A stretch of DNA of 33,610 bases, from the NCBI RefSeq assembly GCF_001194135.2, contig NC_068988.1, positions 7,157,175-7,190,784 on the forward strand. The letters run 5' to 3'. Under the pieces are notes generated by a model. That model had not been told where the DNA came from. It worked only from the letters and a program-made list of their open reading frames with translations, and did not search any database. The translations under genes were made by a program, and so were the position numbers. The stretch's first letter is position 1. Every line of letters starts with the position of its first letter. This DNA is from Octopus bimaculoides. Its lineage: Eukaryota. Positions 31,627-33,610 of this stretch are shown piece after piece.

Positions 31627-31757
31627 CCTTCATCCTTTCGCGGTCAATTAAATAAGTACCAGTTGTATACTGGTGTCGATGTAATCGACTTAATCCCTTT
31701 GTCTGTTCTTGTTTGTCCCCTCTATGTTTAGCTCCCTGTGGGGAAAAAAAGAAATAA
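31627..31757 (+). mobile_element. SINE family B, tail type 1 (5' part in gap)
   Basis: CTTCATCCTTTCGCGGTCAATTAAATAAGTACC...TTAATCCCTTTGTCTGTTCTTGTTTGTCCCCTCTATGTTTAG matches 15470-15597. Confidence 0.85.
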
Positions 31758-31764
31758 GTACATA

Positions 31765-31927
31765 GGCGCAGGAGTGGCTGTGTGGTAAGTACCTTGCTTA
31801 CCAAACACATGGTCCCGGGTTCAGTCCCACTGCGTGACACCTTGGGAAAGTGTCTTCTACTGTAGACTCGGGGCAATCAAAGCCTTGTGAGTGGATTTGG
31901 TAGACGGAAGCTGAAAGAAGCCCGTCG

Positions 31928-31960
<33 letters not shown>

Positions 31961-32185
31961 GTGTGTATATGTCTCTATGTCTGTGTTTGTCCCCACACAC
32001 ACACACACAACATCACTTGACAACCGATAGTGGTGTGTTTACGTCCCCGTAACTTAGCGGTTCGGCAAAAAAAACCGATAGAATAAGTACTAGGCTTACA
32101 AAGAATAAGTCCTGGGGTCGATTTGCTCGACTAAAGGCGGCGCTCCAGTATGGCCGCAGTCAAATGACTGAAACAAGTAAAAGAG
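31765..32185 (+). mobile_element. SINE family A, full-length reference-like copy
   Basis: GGCGCAGGAGTGGCTGTGTGGTAAG...GGGTTCAGTCCC...CACCTTGGGAAAGTG...GAAGCCCGTCG-(TA)n(TG)n-GTTTGTCCCC...CTCCAGTATGGCCGCAGTCAAATGACTGAAACAAGTAAAAGAG. Confidence 0.92.
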
Positions 32186-32584
32186 AGTACAAGGGGTATT
32201 ATCTGGTGCTCTAACGACACTGCCAACTTGACACTCGCAGAATGGTAAAAAAGATGCTTTGCGAAATCGTTATGAGAAACAGCAGAGTTCTTGGTTTAAT
32301 GCATAACCCAATGACTTGTCATCTGGAAACTGATAGAATATTGAAATTGATCTGGCCGAGGTCTATTACCGGCTGTTTAATTAGTTGGTATGGTTGACTG
32401 GTTGCGTGAATACCGAATACGTTGTGATTGTTAGGGGTGGTGGTGGAGGGGTCTGTGACTAGTAATGGTGATGGTGACGGTTGTTACTATGATGGGGTAG
32501 GTGAGGGTGGTGCTCAAGCTGACGGTAGTGGTGGTGCTGGTAGTGGTGGTGCTGGCAATGGTGGTGACGGTTGTCGGTAATAAT

Positions 32585-32785
32585 GGCTTGAAATATTGGC
32601 ACAATGCCAGCAATTCCGGGGTAGAGGGTAAGTCATCGACTGGTACATATCTAATCGACCCCAAGAACAGCATTTGAAATCCGAACGAAAAAGACGGACG
32701 AAATGCTGCTTAGCATTTTGTCCGGCGCGCTAATGATTCTTTTCTACTCTCGGCACAAGGCCCGAAATTTTGTGGGGAGAGAAGA
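32585..32785 (-). mobile_element. Second tandem SINE-B pair (tail-2 remnant followed by a deleted tail-3 copy)
   Basis: Reverse complement AAAATTTCGGGCCTTGTGCCGAGAGTAGAAAAGAATC|ATTAGCGCGCCGGACAAAATGC...GAATTGCTGGCATTGTGCCAATATTTCAAG. Confidence 0.7.
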
Positions 32786-32816
32786 CATTTCCCCAAGGCG
32801 CCACGCAGTGGGACTG

Positions 32817-32863
<47 letters not shown>

Positions 32864-33444
32864 NNNNNNNNNNNNNNNNNNNNNNNNNNNNNNNNNNNNN
32901 NNNNNNNNNNNNNNNNNNNNNNNNNNNNNNNNNNNNNNNNNNNNNNNNNNNNNNNNNNNNNNNNNNNNNNNNNNNNNNNNNNNNNNNNNNNNNNNNNNNN
33001 NNNNNNNNNNNNNNNNNNNNNNNNNNNNNNNNNNNNNNNNNNNNNNNNNNNNNNNNNNNNNNNNNNNNNNNNNNNNNNNNNNNNNNATATACACAAGAAA
33101 AGTAAGATAATATCCTAGTGTCTTATACAGACACACACACACACACACACACTCTTTCTCTTTCTCTCTTTCTATCTCTCTCTCTCTCTCTCTCTCTCTC
33201 ATACATGTAATTATGGACGCATTATTATGTACATATATGAGTGTATGTATGTGTGCATGTATGCATTCATGTATACGTGGAATCACGCGACAGTCAGCTG
33301 AGATAGCAACGATCGTGTAAGTGGAGTGGCCATATTTGTAAACCACAATAGACTCACAGACACAAAACGGAATTCAGTTAAGACAAAAAATAGCAACACA
33401 CGTAATATATAGGATGAGGAACTATCACAAAACTATTGTGTTTT

Positions 33445-33610
33445 ACTACCACCAATGCTGTGATCAGTACCATCACCACCACAACCACCATCACGGCCAC
33501 CATTAACACTGCCAACTCCACCACCATCATCACCACCATCATTGTCACAACCACTACTATGAACACCAAAACCAAACACAACCACCACCACCACCACCAC
33601 CACCGCCGCT
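33445..33610. repeat. Degenerate (ACC)n/(CAT)n trinucleotide repeat
   Basis: Direct reading. Confidence 0.85.

Overview
Eukaryotic, AT-rich, microsatellite-saturated genomic DNA with about 14 assembly gaps (N runs, most abutting microsatellites). The repeat landscape points to a coleoid cephalopod, most likely Octopus (inference; no search was run). There is no complete, recognisable host gene, and nearly all ORFs in the supplied track are microsatellite or N-run artefacts. Contents: (1) about 25 tRNA-derived SINE copies or fragments in at least four modular families, labelled A-D here; (2) non-LTR retrotransposon fragments: an RTE-like 3' end, an R4/Dong-like 3' end ending in (TAA)n, and two head-to-tail restriction-like-endonuclease (RLE) elements each sitting in (CATA)n; (3) a Tc1/mariner-type transposase fragment, a hAT-like TIR and Helentron-type (HINE/DINE-1-like) non-autonomous pieces; (4) one core-intact and one decayed minimal hammerhead-ribozyme motif; (5) several fold-back palindromes, including a 182-bp near-perfect one. 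The most interesting signal is at 17.4-18.5 kb. A 141-aa ORF with an N-myristoylation-type start (MGAILS) and about eleven 9-aa repeats is followed, in a shifted frame containing stops, by a sequence that lines up with the cGAS/Mab-21 (cGLR) nucleotidyltransferase motifs. This is a candidate decayed member of a repeat-bearing, membrane-anchored cGAS-like receptor family. Coordinates of degenerate repeats are approximate (about +/-10 bp).
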